A stretch of DNA of 64,000 nt. Source: Fistulifera solaris (taxonomy: Eukaryota). The notes beneath the pieces were generated by a model. It made no database searches. It saw only the letters and a list, made by a program, of their open reading frames with translations, and had not been told where the DNA came from. The stretch covers positions 1,488,001-1,552,000 of the forward strand of contig AP026123.1 of assembly GCA_030295235.1 (NCBI GenBank). Reading direction: 5' to 3'. This document shows positions 24,494 to 35,500 of this stretch, piece after piece (position 1 is the first letter of the stretch; each line of letters starts with the position of its first letter). Position numbers and translations under genes: made by a program.

Positions 24494-26290
24494 CTATCTA
24501 GTATCTGCATGTTTTTGCCGTTCTTGAAACTCGGCCAGTTCCTTCTCCTGTTTCTGAACGCGTTCTAGCAAATCTTTTTCTGCTTGCTGTTTCTCATTGT
24601 TCAGTGCCTCGGCGTCTAATTCATTCACGAGGATTTCAGCCCCATCTGGTACACCATAATAAGCAAGGGTGCACTCGTCGCTGTCCATAGCAGACGGAAA
24701 TCCTTGATCGGGAGATGCTCTATAGTGAAGGACTTGTAGGTCCAGGTCCAACCCAAAATATCGTGAACAGAGTGCTTTCAGACGACCGACCGTCAAGTCT
24801 GCGGGAAAACGTCTAACCAAAGGCTCCATCGTGCAGGAGTTCGCAGCCATCGACCGGATGGTCACACTCACTATTGAGTCAATCAAAGCCTTACTAAAAC
24901 CATTCGTGCCCGAAATTGGCTGCGCTCCTTCAACAAAGTCAGGGTGATTTGTAGTCCAGTAAACGTACTGTGGGTTATCATCTGGTTTCCGGGAAGTACT
25001 CGTTGAATCTGTCTCTTGAATCTCTTGCTGCATTCGTCGAATAGTTCGAACATACCAGCGCGCTGCATCTTTCCGTTCGGAATTCGTAATAAGACTCCCG
25101 TTCAGCATTTGCAGCTTGGGTAAGTGAGCGATCGTAGTCATGCGGGCTCCACCCGTTCCCAAACCGTTTTGAAGAGGACAATTTCGTAGACGCAACCGAT
25201 TCAGCTTTGGTAAACGATGCAGTGGAATGGTCAAATCCATCCAATTTTTCCATCCCGTGCCAGCCAGTTGTAGATTCTCAAGCGACGAAAAGTGTTGTTC
25301 GGGATTGAAACCGTCCCAGTTCTCTAAAAGAGGATTGTCATCTAAACTCAGTGATTCGAGTTTCGGAAGAAAGGCCCAAGCCAGAACCTGGCTATTTGAG
25401 TTGAGTTCACAATGTGTACAGTCCAGGAAGGTAAGATTCGCAAAGACCGCGGCGAGAGATTTGGCGTCTTCGCTTCGACATTGAATCGGACAGTCCGCCA
25501 GCGACAACTCTTGCAAATGCGGAAACACGTGCCCAAGTGCCATGATTGATTCCACTGACTTGATCTCGGTCTGTCGTACATTCAAATGAGTCAAAGAGGG
25601 GCACTGTGGCATGTCATCTGGGAACTCGACGTCGCCCAGGCGGTTACACGCTAAACTGAGATTGCGCAAGTTGGGGAGGACATGAAGGAGTGTGGCAACA
25701 TCTTTCCAGTCGAATAACAGATTCCCGGCTAAATCCACTTCTGTGAAATGATTTAGTGTTGACCAAGATTCACTCATTTGTACGGAAGAAATACCCCAGC
25801 GTCGTAGCGACACGGTCGTCAAATCTTCGAGCTGCTGTTGCGATCGAATTTTCAATTCTCCCAGAAATTCTACAACTTTATCATTCCGTCCAGAAGCCGT
25901 TTGTACAGTATGTGGTAGTAAATTGTGGGGAGCAACAAGCTCGTCGGAGTTGAGTGTCACATATCGCTCTCGCAATAACATTGGCGACAAAGCGACTCCA
26001 CAATCCACTTTTCCGATTCGTAAGAAACTCCCTGATGTTGGATGCGGGGCGTGAAAGTGACGCACTAAATTTCCTGTCGAGCGATCAACGACGCTTCCAT
26101 CATGTTTCCCGCGCGAGAAATCATCCCAAACGACGCCACAATAAACTTCGGTGGGGTCTTTCGCCGAGGCGACTGGTCCGACGTAGACGACGGTTGCCGT
26201 ACATCCGGAAGCGTCCCTAATTCTTGTTTTTCCGATGTGCCAGGTACGATTCGTTACTTCATCCTGTATTATATTGCTTGATCTGTCCAT
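24494..26290 (-). CDS. TBCE: tubulin-specific chaperone E (CAP-Gly, LRR, ubiquitin-like)
   Basis: CAP-Gly GVVWDDFSRGKHDGS, leucine-rich repeats, and C-terminal UBL (LTVGRLKAL...TLAYYGV). Intact 598-aa ORF. Confidence 0.92.
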   Translation of the reverse strand: MDRSSNIIQDEVTNRTWHIGKTRIRDASGCTATVVYVGPVASAKDPTEVYCGVVWDDFSRGKHDGSVVDRSTGNLVRHFHAPHPTSGSFLRIGKVDCGVALSPMLLRERYVTLNSDELVAPHNLLPHTVQTASGRNDKVVEFLGELKIRSQQQLEDLTTVSLRRWGISSVQMSESWSTLNHFTEVDLAGNLLFDWKDVATLLHVLPNLRNLSLACNRLGDVEFPDDMPQCPSLTHLNVRQTEIKSVESIMALGHVFPHLQELSLADCPIQCRSEDAKSLAAVFANLTFLDCTHCELNSNSQVLAWAFLPKLESLSLDDNPLLENWDGFNPEQHFSSLENLQLAGTGWKNWMDLTIPLHRLPKLNRLRLRNCPLQNGLGTGGARMTTIAHLPKLQMLNGSLITNSERKDAARWYVRTIRRMQQEIQETDSTSTSRKPDDNPQYVYWTTNHPDFVEGAQPISGTNGFSKALIDSIVSVTIRSMAANSCTMEPLVRRFPADLTVGRLKALCSRYFGLDLDLQVLHYRASPDQGFPSAMDSDECTLAYYGVPDGAEILVNELDAEALNNEKQQAEKDLLERVQKQEKELAEFQERQKHADTR

Positions 26291-26568
26291 ATTACGCTCT
26301 CATCAATAATCTCGAACGTATTATCATTAAGCCATGAAGCACAAAGACAATAAAAACGATGATAAATGATAGTGGGGCGCGGTCAAGAAAAAAAGCGAAA
26401 GTGCGCGACTATGACAACGTCGTCTGGGCGTCGACACGCCATTCCTTGCTAGAGGTGCGCATACTATGCTTGGTGCGCGTTCCAGCAAGATCGAAAACAA
26501 TCCATCGTAACAAACTACAAGTGCTTTACCAAAACTGCCAATGATTTGTTGTAGCAAACGATACAAGC

Positions 26569-26866
26569 GTCATCAATCGGAGATCGGAGTTCAAGCAGTA
26601 GAAAAGACGAAGCATGCAACGCGTTGAAAGTCTACGTTTATCTCACGTAGCTCTCGTAGGAATTTTATCGATGTAGGGGTACCTGGATATCGAAGTAATT
26701 CGGTCACCTTATTTTGCGAGTCCTTTTCCCTCAAGCTTTGAACTTAAACTTCATCAGCATACCTTATTCGAAGCATCAAGCAATAAGGGTCATCAATCGG
26801 AGTTCAAAACGTAGAAAAGACGAACAATGGAACGCTTCGCAAGTCTATGTACATCTCACGTAGGCC
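26569..26866 (+). repeat. dispersed satellite family (~214-220-bp unit), about 1.4 diverged units
   Basis: GTCATCAATCGGAG..GTAGAAAAGACGAA..GTCTA..TCTCACGTAG occurs at ~26569 and ~26789. Core TTTATCGATGTAGGGGTACCTGGATATC is shared with 46515-47212 and 61810-62419. Confidence 0.75.
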
Positions 26867-27054
26867 TAGTGCCGAATGAACTGCAATGAAAAGAAACTCT
26901 CTCCCTGGTATCGCATTATCTCAACAGCAAGAACAAAGAGTTTGCTGGGCCTTAATAACGTTCAGTCTTCTTAATAGAGTAGTATTCTAGACCCGTAAAT
27001 TCAATAACTTTGTTTCGTTCTGAATTCTGACTCCTGCGTCGTAATCTTTGTAGC

Positions 27055-27984
27055 TTAGAGACCAGGAGACTCCATTGCGTCCACATTTTCCTTGGTTTTG
27101 CGAATTCTCAATACTTCAATCTCCATGATGAGACTTTGATCGAAGCGCTGGGCCATGCGTCGCTGCTCTGCGTAAGAGGTAGGGAAAGGCTGCTTCGTGC
27201 TGTCGAAACACGCCTCTGCAGCAACCATTGTTGCGGTGGGTACTAATACATAATCCGTTTTTAGCTCGCCTCCCTTCCCGGAGCCTCCTGGGCCTCCATC
27301 ACATTCCCTACCTGGTTTCCGCCAACCATCTTGTGGAAAGACTGCAATTCGTCGAACGCCGCTCTCTCTCATTCCAATCAAAGCGTTATTTAACGCACGA
27401 ATGTTGTTGTATCCTCCGACAATCGTTACGAATGTTTTGACACCTGGTTTACTTTCGTCGTCTTCCAAGCCATAACCTCTCGAAAAGACGACGGTCCCTT
27501 CCCCGGATATACCATCATAGCTGCGCTTGCCTAGCTTTAGGACTTTGTAAAACAATTCTACTTCATCTCCATCGGCAACAAGATCACCGTTCCCTTCTTT
27601 GATATCAATGTATTTAATCCCAGACGGAGTAATTTTGTAAGAGACTTCACTCGCTGCCGCCAATTCGCGTTCGGCTTGTTCGCGCTTCTCGGCGGCAGCT
27701 TGGCACTCTTCGACGTTCGTACATTTGGGTTTGTCGGTGACAGATATTTTCGGAGGTGGAGCGTTTCCTTTTACGAGAGCATTTGCTGGAGTTGCTACGA
27801 GCATGACACTGGCAGCCGCGAAAAGATCTCGTCGAGTCCAGTATCCTGCATCAGTCAGTTCATCATTATTTATATTTGTGAAAAGACTGGTTGGGTTCTT
27901 TGGTCTGGGGTGAAGCGAAAGGAAACACGTCACTTCCCGACAAGTCAGACATAAAGCAGCAAGGCAAGCAAAAAGACTCCACAT
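27055..27984 (-). CDS. thylakoid-lumen FKBP-type peptidyl-prolyl isomerase
   Basis: Signal peptide, TRRDLF..PANA Tat motif, SGIKYIDIKEGNG, GMRESGVRRI and LIMEIEVLRI. Confidence 0.85.
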   Translation of the reverse strand: MWSLFACLAALCLTCREVTCFLSLHPRPKNPTSLFTNINNDELTDAGYWTRRDLFAAASVMLVATPANALVKGNAPPPKISVTDKPKCTNVEECQAAAEKREQAERELAAASEVSYKITPSGIKYIDIKEGNGDLVADGDEVELFYKVLKLGKRSYDGISGEGTVVFSRGYGLEDDESKPGVKTFVTIVGGYNNIRALNNALIGMRESGVRRIAVFPQDGWRKPGRECDGGPGGSGKGGELKTDYVLVPTATMVAAEACFDSTKQPFPTSYAEQRRMAQRFDQSLIMEIEVLRIRKTKENVDAMESPGL

Positions 27985-28103
27985 GACCTGCAAACTGTTT
28001 CTCTTTAAGGCTGAAGCGAGTGCGCTGTTGTTGTTGGCTTTCACGGCTAAAAGTTTCAACAGTCGCGAAAAGATCTCGCTGTGCGCTGCGATGATGAAAG
28101 ACG

Positions 28104-28550
28104 CCAAAAATTCTGGACCAGTTTTAGTTTCACGTTCCCAGAAAATCTGGGGGTTTGGTTTTTCCGTCTCCAGAAAAATAAAATCTGAACCAGCTGTATT
28201 TTCCCTCTCCCAGGAAATCTGTGAGTGTGGTATTTACGCTGGTCCAGAAAATCTGGACCACTTGTATTTTCACGTTCCCAGGAAATCTGGGGTGTGGTGA
28301 TAACATTGGTCCAGAAAATCTGGACCAATTGTAATTTCACGTTCCCAGTAAATCTGGGAGTGTGGTATTTACAGTGGTCCAGAAAATCTGGACCAAACTT
28401 TCACGTTCCCAGAAAATCTGAGTGAATGGTATTTACACTGGTCCAGAAAATCTGGATCTGTCGTTCCCAGAAAATCTGGGGGAGTGATATTTACACATTT
28501 GTCCAGAAAATCTGGACCTATTATGTTTTCACGTTCCCAGAAAATCTGGA
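28104..28550. repeat. minisatellite, ~7 units of 60-68 bp, each with two palindromic CCAGAAAATCTGG cores
   Basis: (G)GTCCAGAAAATCTGGA(CC) at ~28241, 28308, 28376, 28440 and 28500, alternating with TTTCACGTTCCCAGAAAATCTGGG. Confidence 0.92.
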
Positions 28551-28697
28551 AGGGCTGCGCATTGGGAACTCGGCACTTAACGAACCGCAACAGATTGCGT
28601 TGCGATTTTTTGCGAGGTGATGGGAAAGCACACGCAGAGTGCCGACATAAAATATCCTATTCTGACCTCCGTCTTCATCAGATACCAGAAGCTTACC

Positions 28698-29486
28698 ATG
28701 AAAGCGTGGTTCTATTTCTTGCTTTCGCCACTCGCGCTGCCCTCTCTTTGCGACGCGTGGACGACGGGGCAGCCACTGAGAGGGGCGGTGACGTCCAAAC
28801 TGCTGGCTCGTCGCGACGACTACAGTGAGGTTACTCGACGAGACACCTTTACAAAACTTTCTGGCCTGGCTCTCTCGGCGATTGTCTTACCTGTCTCTGC
28901 AGAAGAGGGTGAGACTCTTTACGAGCAAAAGTTCATTCAACAATACGAAGATTTCAACAAGCTGCCGAGTGGTGTTTCGTATCGAGACGTAAATTTAGGG
29001 AAGGGGCCGGAGGCAAGCAAAGGCGACCGTGTCGTCTACGATTGGAGTGGATACACGATCGGATATTTTGGACGTCCGTTTCAAGCCAAAGGTGGTCCTC
29101 AGGTACGTCAACTCGTGTGTAGTCTTACCTATTTGTGTCTGATTGTCCTCCTTTCTCACCCAACTATTCAGGGAGGAGCCTTTGATAAAGATCTAGATTA
29201 CGAACGCACTGTGCTCGGTTCCCATCAAATCGTACCTGGCCTAGAAGAAGCATTCTATGGTATGCAAGCGGGGGGCGTTCGGCAAGTCGTTGTTCCTTAT
29301 AAGGTATCGTATCCGGCAGATGATTTGAAGCACGAAAAAGTTGGCCCCAAACCTAGCACTTTTTCGGGCATGAGAGCTCTCAACTTTGTATTAGAAAACC
29401 CTCGACTCGACCGGACGTTATTATTTAATGTAAAAGTTGTGCGCATCGACAAACCCAACGGTTCTGGAGGGTTTACAAGAGGCTGA
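28698..29486 (+). CDS. FKBP19: thylakoid-lumen FKBP19-like PPIase
   Basis: VVYDWSGYTIGYFGRPF, GPKPSTFSGMRALNFVL and RTLLFNV match plant FKBP19. Signal peptide plus TRRD Tat motif; in-frame 69-nt intron 29103-29171. Confidence 0.88.
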   Translation: MKAWFYFLLSPLALPSLCDAWTTGQPLRGAVTSKLLARRDDYSEVTRRDTFTKLSGLALSAIVLPVSAEEGETLYEQKFIQQYEDFNKLPSGVSYRDVNLGKGPEASKGDRVVYDWSGYTIGYFGRPFQAKGGPQVRQLVCSLTYLCLIVLLSHPTIQGGAFDKDLDYERTVLGSHQIVPGLEEAFYGMQAGGVRQVVVPYKVSYPADDLKHEKVGPKPSTFSGMRALNFVLENPRLDRTLLFNVKVVRIDKPNGSGGFTRG

Positions 29487-29542
29487 TAGAGCGCACTCAT
29501 ATATTGCTATAAATCTAAAAATTCTTCAATTAGGTTTCCTCA

Positions 29543-32500
29543 TTACAAAATTGGTCTAAGACGTTTCAAAGCTCTTTCCAGAAAAGAACTTAAAATCTTC
29601 GCATCTTCCTCGTTCTTACAAGCAATTATTTCAACGTCACTTCCGTTGCTTCGTGGGGTGCTCAGCAGTATAAGAACACTCCAGACAACTTCGTCTTCCC
29701 CCCTGCGTATTATTTCTAACTTCCACGCTCTCGACATGTTTCAGCCTGATCAGGAGCAGTTCTTGTCCTTTCGATCCTAGAACTAATAAACGTTTCACTG
29801 TTACTAGAAGCAGTCTGTCGCCCATGTCTAAATGATTGAAATATTCCTCACCAGCCAACCGAGTCCTCATTAAGAGCGAAGACGCGGCTGCATCTGCCAT
29901 GTTATATGCTCGTAATGACCGCTCGCGCCCATATAATGCCCGACGCGGTCGAAGGGGCGTCAATTGACTTTGAACTCCGGTTGCTCCTTCGACAGAACCC
30001 TTCACTCCAAGCATCACATCAGCGATCCCATCGGAAATGCCGATGATAGGTTTCACCAGAAGACCGAGCAACCCTTTTCCAATGCCTTTTGCGAATCCTT
30101 CAAGTCCTTTTCTCTCTGCGCCGCGTATCGGTGCCTTCACCACACCAGTCACCCCTTCAAGAAAACCAGTGATTAGCTTTTGAACACCGCTTCCTAATCC
30201 TAAAGCGACATTGATATCATCGTGGTCGCGTAAAATTTCTCCGCGATCGCGTTTTTGTGCGTAACGTCGATCTAAAGTCAAAACTGCCATATTCTTCGAA
30301 AACGTCTCGGTCAACATTGCTGCCGAGTCGGCGAATCCACCGACTGTGTGTCGCGCTAGTGAAAACGTGCCACGAGCAACGCCATCAACTAAGTAGCTTG
30401 CATCCATTTCCTGTACACTGCGTTGGAACCCTTTAACTGGCTCAAGAATCAGGTCCTTGACTCCATCTCCGAGACCACGAGCCAAACCGATCGGATTTCC
30501 CAGTGCAGCCAATGATCCCAGTAAGGCAGGAACGTTTTGCCTCAAAGAATTGAGGTAGTGCGCCCCGAGCTGAGATGAGAGTTGGCTACCGGTAGCGATA
30601 TGATTCCTCAAAACGACCCCACCAAAATTTACCGTCGCACCGTCGAGGCGTAATAGTGCGTCGACAACGATGCTCTTGAACACGCCACGAAGAACCGCAA
30701 CAGCTGTTCTGTTTGTGCGACCTACCCTAACCCCTAAAACAGCTGCACTGGACCTTTCGAGACGGACGTCTCCTTTTCGAATGGCTTGATGAATTTCCGA
30801 ATTCTGTTTTCCTTCGAGAGCTGCCTGGGGACCCGTCAAGGCTCTCGCCGGGGCAACAGAGAGCTTTATGTTGTGAGGAAGAATAGTGAACCCAGAAAAG
30901 AAAAATTTTTTCAATCCGATTCCCCTTTGTGCTCTGGCTTCCAAGCCTCTCACTTTATTAATTATGTCCGGTGCTGGCCACTTAGTATCTAAGATTTCGT
31001 TTTGTCTTTGAAAGTAACTCTCTAGCTCAAGCGCAAACTTTTGCAGCCTTATAAGAAATGCAAGATCGACTCGAACTCCTAGATCTCTAGGTGCAATAGT
31101 AACAGATCGTAGACACTGTGAAGTCGAAATTGAGCCAGGAAAAATGCATTGATCTCCACGAAGAAGAAAACTTACCACTGTTCCCGTTTTGTGTTTCGGT
31201 GCAAATGACAAGCCAATCACAAGAACAGGAGGAATCTGCTTATCACAGTCAGCAGATCGTGGTTCTGTTAAGAATGTTCCACCTTGACTAAAGGCTTCCC
31301 GTATCGCACTGACGGCCACTGGAAACGGAGCATTTGATATCATATTGTCCATTTGAAGATCTGTGATGGTTATTATCACAGCAGCATTTGTTGTGCGGTA
31401 TTTATTCCATGAAGCAATCCCATTAACGTTTTTCAGCGTTATTACGGCTATCTCAGATGGAGCCGAGTCGACTAGACTAACAACGACACCTCTCAAGGAC
31501 ACTCTGAGTGAAATTTGTAAATCCGCGTTTTGTTCAACATATGTTTTCGAATTTGGTGTGCTCGCGTTGATCTTTCGATATAGCTTTTTGTTTATCACCT
31601 CCATTTCCGTTGGAAGTTTCTCTTTGCGACGGGAAATTACAGTCTCGCTAGCAGCGTGAGCAATCAATTGAGAAATCGCTGACAGTTCATTCTGTTTGGG
31701 GTGCGTGTCGAATATACTGTCGTCAATGCTAAAAGGATTGACCAAAAAATTGTCTGTATCTTTTTCTATCATGCTGAAAAAATTTGAGCGGTCACTGGTA
31801 GCCAGCAAAAAAGTTGTAAGCAAGTTCTTACCTTAAATTCAAGACCGTTGTTGGGCCGTCTGTTGTCACAACCCCGAGAATTCTTACTCGGTCGAGGTCT
31901 GATCGAAGCGGGGCCTCAAGAAACTGTAGCTTTGTTGGGTTTAACCTCACCCGGGTACCTATTGACGAAAGACATAAAACCTTTGTTGTTTCGATCCCTG
32001 CACGCGTATTGAGAGGAGACAGACCGAGTCGGACACGCAAAAGCTCCGCAATCGTAGCGGCTTTTCTACCTGTATATTTCCCTTGACGATAAGGAACATC
32101 CAGGGCGAAGCAAGAGTTCGTGGACGGGCCAACCATGGTTCCCTCCAAACTCGATAAGTCTCCTGTATCACTTGAGGGGTTGGCTAGAACTCCGTCTTGA
32201 GCAATCCAGACAGGGAAAGTTGAGCAGTTTTCAATTCGAAACAGGGCACCATCTCCAGAGTTCTCTTCTTCCTCGAAGGATATGTTTATACCAGTACCCC
32301 CCGTCCCTCTCCGTATCTCAGAACCCATTTTGACAGAAGTAACCACTGTAAAGTGTTTCGAGTCCGAAATATGGAAAGCCTTCTTTTGTTGAATTCGGAT
32401 CGGTAAGGCACCTATTGTAAGTGGATCAAAACCGCCGCTCCATTCGTATCGATGTTCGGAACCAACCACATCCAAAGGTCTGACCCTGCAATGGTGTAAC

Positions 32501-35500
32501 AAAACGCAAATCAGATATTGAAAAATGGTAGCATAACGATGAGCTTGTTCTTACGATAGCAGTTCCGGACGTCGCGAGTCAGCCCAATGAAATGGTAAAG
32601 CATCACCAGGAGGTATTTCAACAGAAGAGGTGTCTGAAGAACCCATTTGTTTAACTTCGAATCTGATAGATTTTGATTGATTAATCAGAAGAAAGCGCGA
32701 TGTGATAGTGAGTGATTTGGAAAGCTCACCCCAGGGTCCTTCAAGCGGGTGAATTGCATAGCAAAGTTCAAAGACTGAAGAGGAACACGAGACAGGCTGC
32801 ACTTTACTTTCCACTATCGTCTGTTCAGGCCAGCGGGACGCCCGTGCACGCATGGCGCCAAAAATCCTTCCAGAAATATTAGGTATATCAGAAGTAAGTG
32901 CCCATCGACCACCATTTACTTGAATGCCTAATTTCGCATTAGTAAAGTTTGATTTCCCTTCTTTTGTATTAACATCGGATAGATTTCGTCTCGGTTGATA
33001 ATACCCGTGGACTCCGGGCACGTGCATTTCGGTGTTACGAAATCCGCTACGTTTTCGGAACCACCGTCGTCGACGAAATCGATGAGTAACATTAAAGGTT
33101 CTAGTGCCGACAAAGTCGTTTAGATCTGCAAACGACTCAAACCCATCATCTGATAGACTACCTGCGTAGTCAATTTGCTGTACGCCTCCCGTCAGAAAAC
33201 GATTGGACTCCCAAACAATAAATATATAATTGAAACGTACCCAATCTTTATCCTTCCAAAACCACTTGGCAGTATCGACGCACGGGTCTATTTCTCGGGG
33301 ATCATTAACTTTGTTATTTGGGTTTTCCGTCGCCCACCACCTGGTCTCGCCTTCATTCATTAGGTCAACATACTCAAAAAACTCCTCTACTACGAATGGA
33401 ACGGTTTGCCCTGCAATACGGGTAATATCAGCAACTAAACCGCTTGAATTTTTAAGCCTTTTCATTTCGACGCCGCTATCGAAGAGTAATGATATTTCCC
33501 TCAAAGCAGCCTCGGCTGCTGATAATTCATCCTCTACTAAGTCCTGTTTTGCTTCATTATCGAAACTCGAAGTAGCCTCCCACGGGTAACCAAATGCAAT
33601 GTCCAGCGATGTGCAATTTGTCAGCCATAGCTCAGCGAACAGCGCGACTTCTAAACCACACTCCTTTTTTATTATTCGCAAGGATAAATCATGAGGGACT
33701 CCAAACGAATCTTTTAGGTGAACATAGCGAACTGACTGGCCTTCGCTGTTGTCCGATGTACCTTCGATTATTGGGTGTTGTAAGGAGTCCAAGGTTTTCT
33801 GCTCGTCCAAAGAAATAGAGACATGATCGGACCAATGAGCAAATCCAGACGGGCGGAAGCGAGCGGTGATTCCCACAGTTGATCTAGCAAAGATCTCAAT
33901 CTTCTCACCGCTTTCCAGAGGAACCGGTTTTCCAGAGTGTTCCTGGGCACGTGATATTGATCCATCGAAAGCGGCGCTTTCGGGATCACTACTTCCCATT
34001 CTATGCACACCGGTAAAAGGTTTCGCAACGATACGGAACTGTCAATGGTAAGAGTAAGTATACCGTCTCGCTTGACAGTTCCCACCGAAAGCCAACCAGA
34101 CGGTGACACGCCTCCTTCGTGTAAACATTTTAAGGTCCTATTCGAATGAGAGCTGAAATCCAAACCGTCTTCTGCGGACGAACGGACTAGAATTGTATAG
34201 CTGTATTCTTCAGATGTTCTTATACCGCAAACCCAGGTCCCATTTGTCATATCTAGCCAGACGGGGAGATAGAAATACGACTTTGGGTACACCATACCCA
34301 CTGCCTTCATGTCGACTTCCTCTGTATGAGGCCGATCAGCGGTCGAAAAAGAGAAAAGCTACTTCAACAGGTTCGCGAAGAAGCGAAAGTATTCGAATAG
34401 AACTTCCGAGTGTTATGATTGTTTTCTCTTCTACGAGCTCTACACACCAGGAGAGCATCTGGTGGCCTTCCGTGGGACGTCGGCTCCCAGAAGAGTTCTG
34501 GTCATTTGCTGTGTGGAAGCGAATCGGAAGAAGCATTTCTACTGGTCCTTCAATCTCCTGGCCAGTCAAAGGCTCGACGACTATTCCCGCAACAGTCTGC
34601 AGGGAAACTAACTCAATTGGAATTTTCGCAACTGGAGAAATATCTTCGTCCTGTACGTCATTTGTTTCAACTCGAAATAATATGTCCTGACCATTTCCCA
34701 CCATATGGATCACGGACGGATCGTAGCTTTCGAGTCCGCTGAACTCACCCACAGACAGAAATGGGGCTTCAGTGGGATTTTGGTACTCCGTTTTGACATG
34801 CTGTCTTTGCCGCACAAAGGCGGCGGAGAGGCCAGTCCGATTCCGAAAGATAAAAGGTCTGGTTGACCCATGCTTCTGCTTCCGGGCGTAGACGAGCGCA
34901 GCGGTAGCGGCGCTGCGAACGTTCTTCACCTGATCGCCTTCCTTTTCAGTGTGGAGGGCTTCATCTTGGTCTTCTATAGATTCGAACGACTGGGTAAAAT
35001 TCAATGCATAGGTGCTCCATGATAAAAACTTGCTGATAGCCTCAGCTGCAGCGCTGGTAATATTGATTGCTAGCCCATCATCACTGTCACTGAATTCCAG
35101 CGTTAATTGTCTTGTATTCTCTCTGTCATCTCGAAAGTCAGCAGAAAAAAGCATCCGTCCTTGCTCAAAAAGCGGTTCCCAACACCAGATCCGAAAGTTA
35201 TAGTAATCCACACCGATAGACGCCGAAATAGAAAGACGTATGAATTTCTCCTCTTTTCATCTACCTTACAAGCTAAGCGCGAAGAAGAAATTTCAGCTTT
35301 TAGCAAAGGAAAGTCTCGCTCAACAAGCGAAAGGACTGCGGACGAAAAGTTCACGTCGAATGTTGAATTGCGGTCAACAACGGTGTCGGGTACTAGTAAG
35401 ACTTCTTCAGAGACCGCTTTCCGTCTAGCTAAAGTCAATGTGATGGGCCTCTCAAGAATCAAAATCTGATTGACGAAGCCAAGAAAGTCTCCATCGTTGT

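Noticed and set aside
28104..28550. CRISPR-like appearance of regularly spaced palindromes
   Set aside because: Linkers are homologous rather than unique, the context is eukaryotic, and no cas genes are present.
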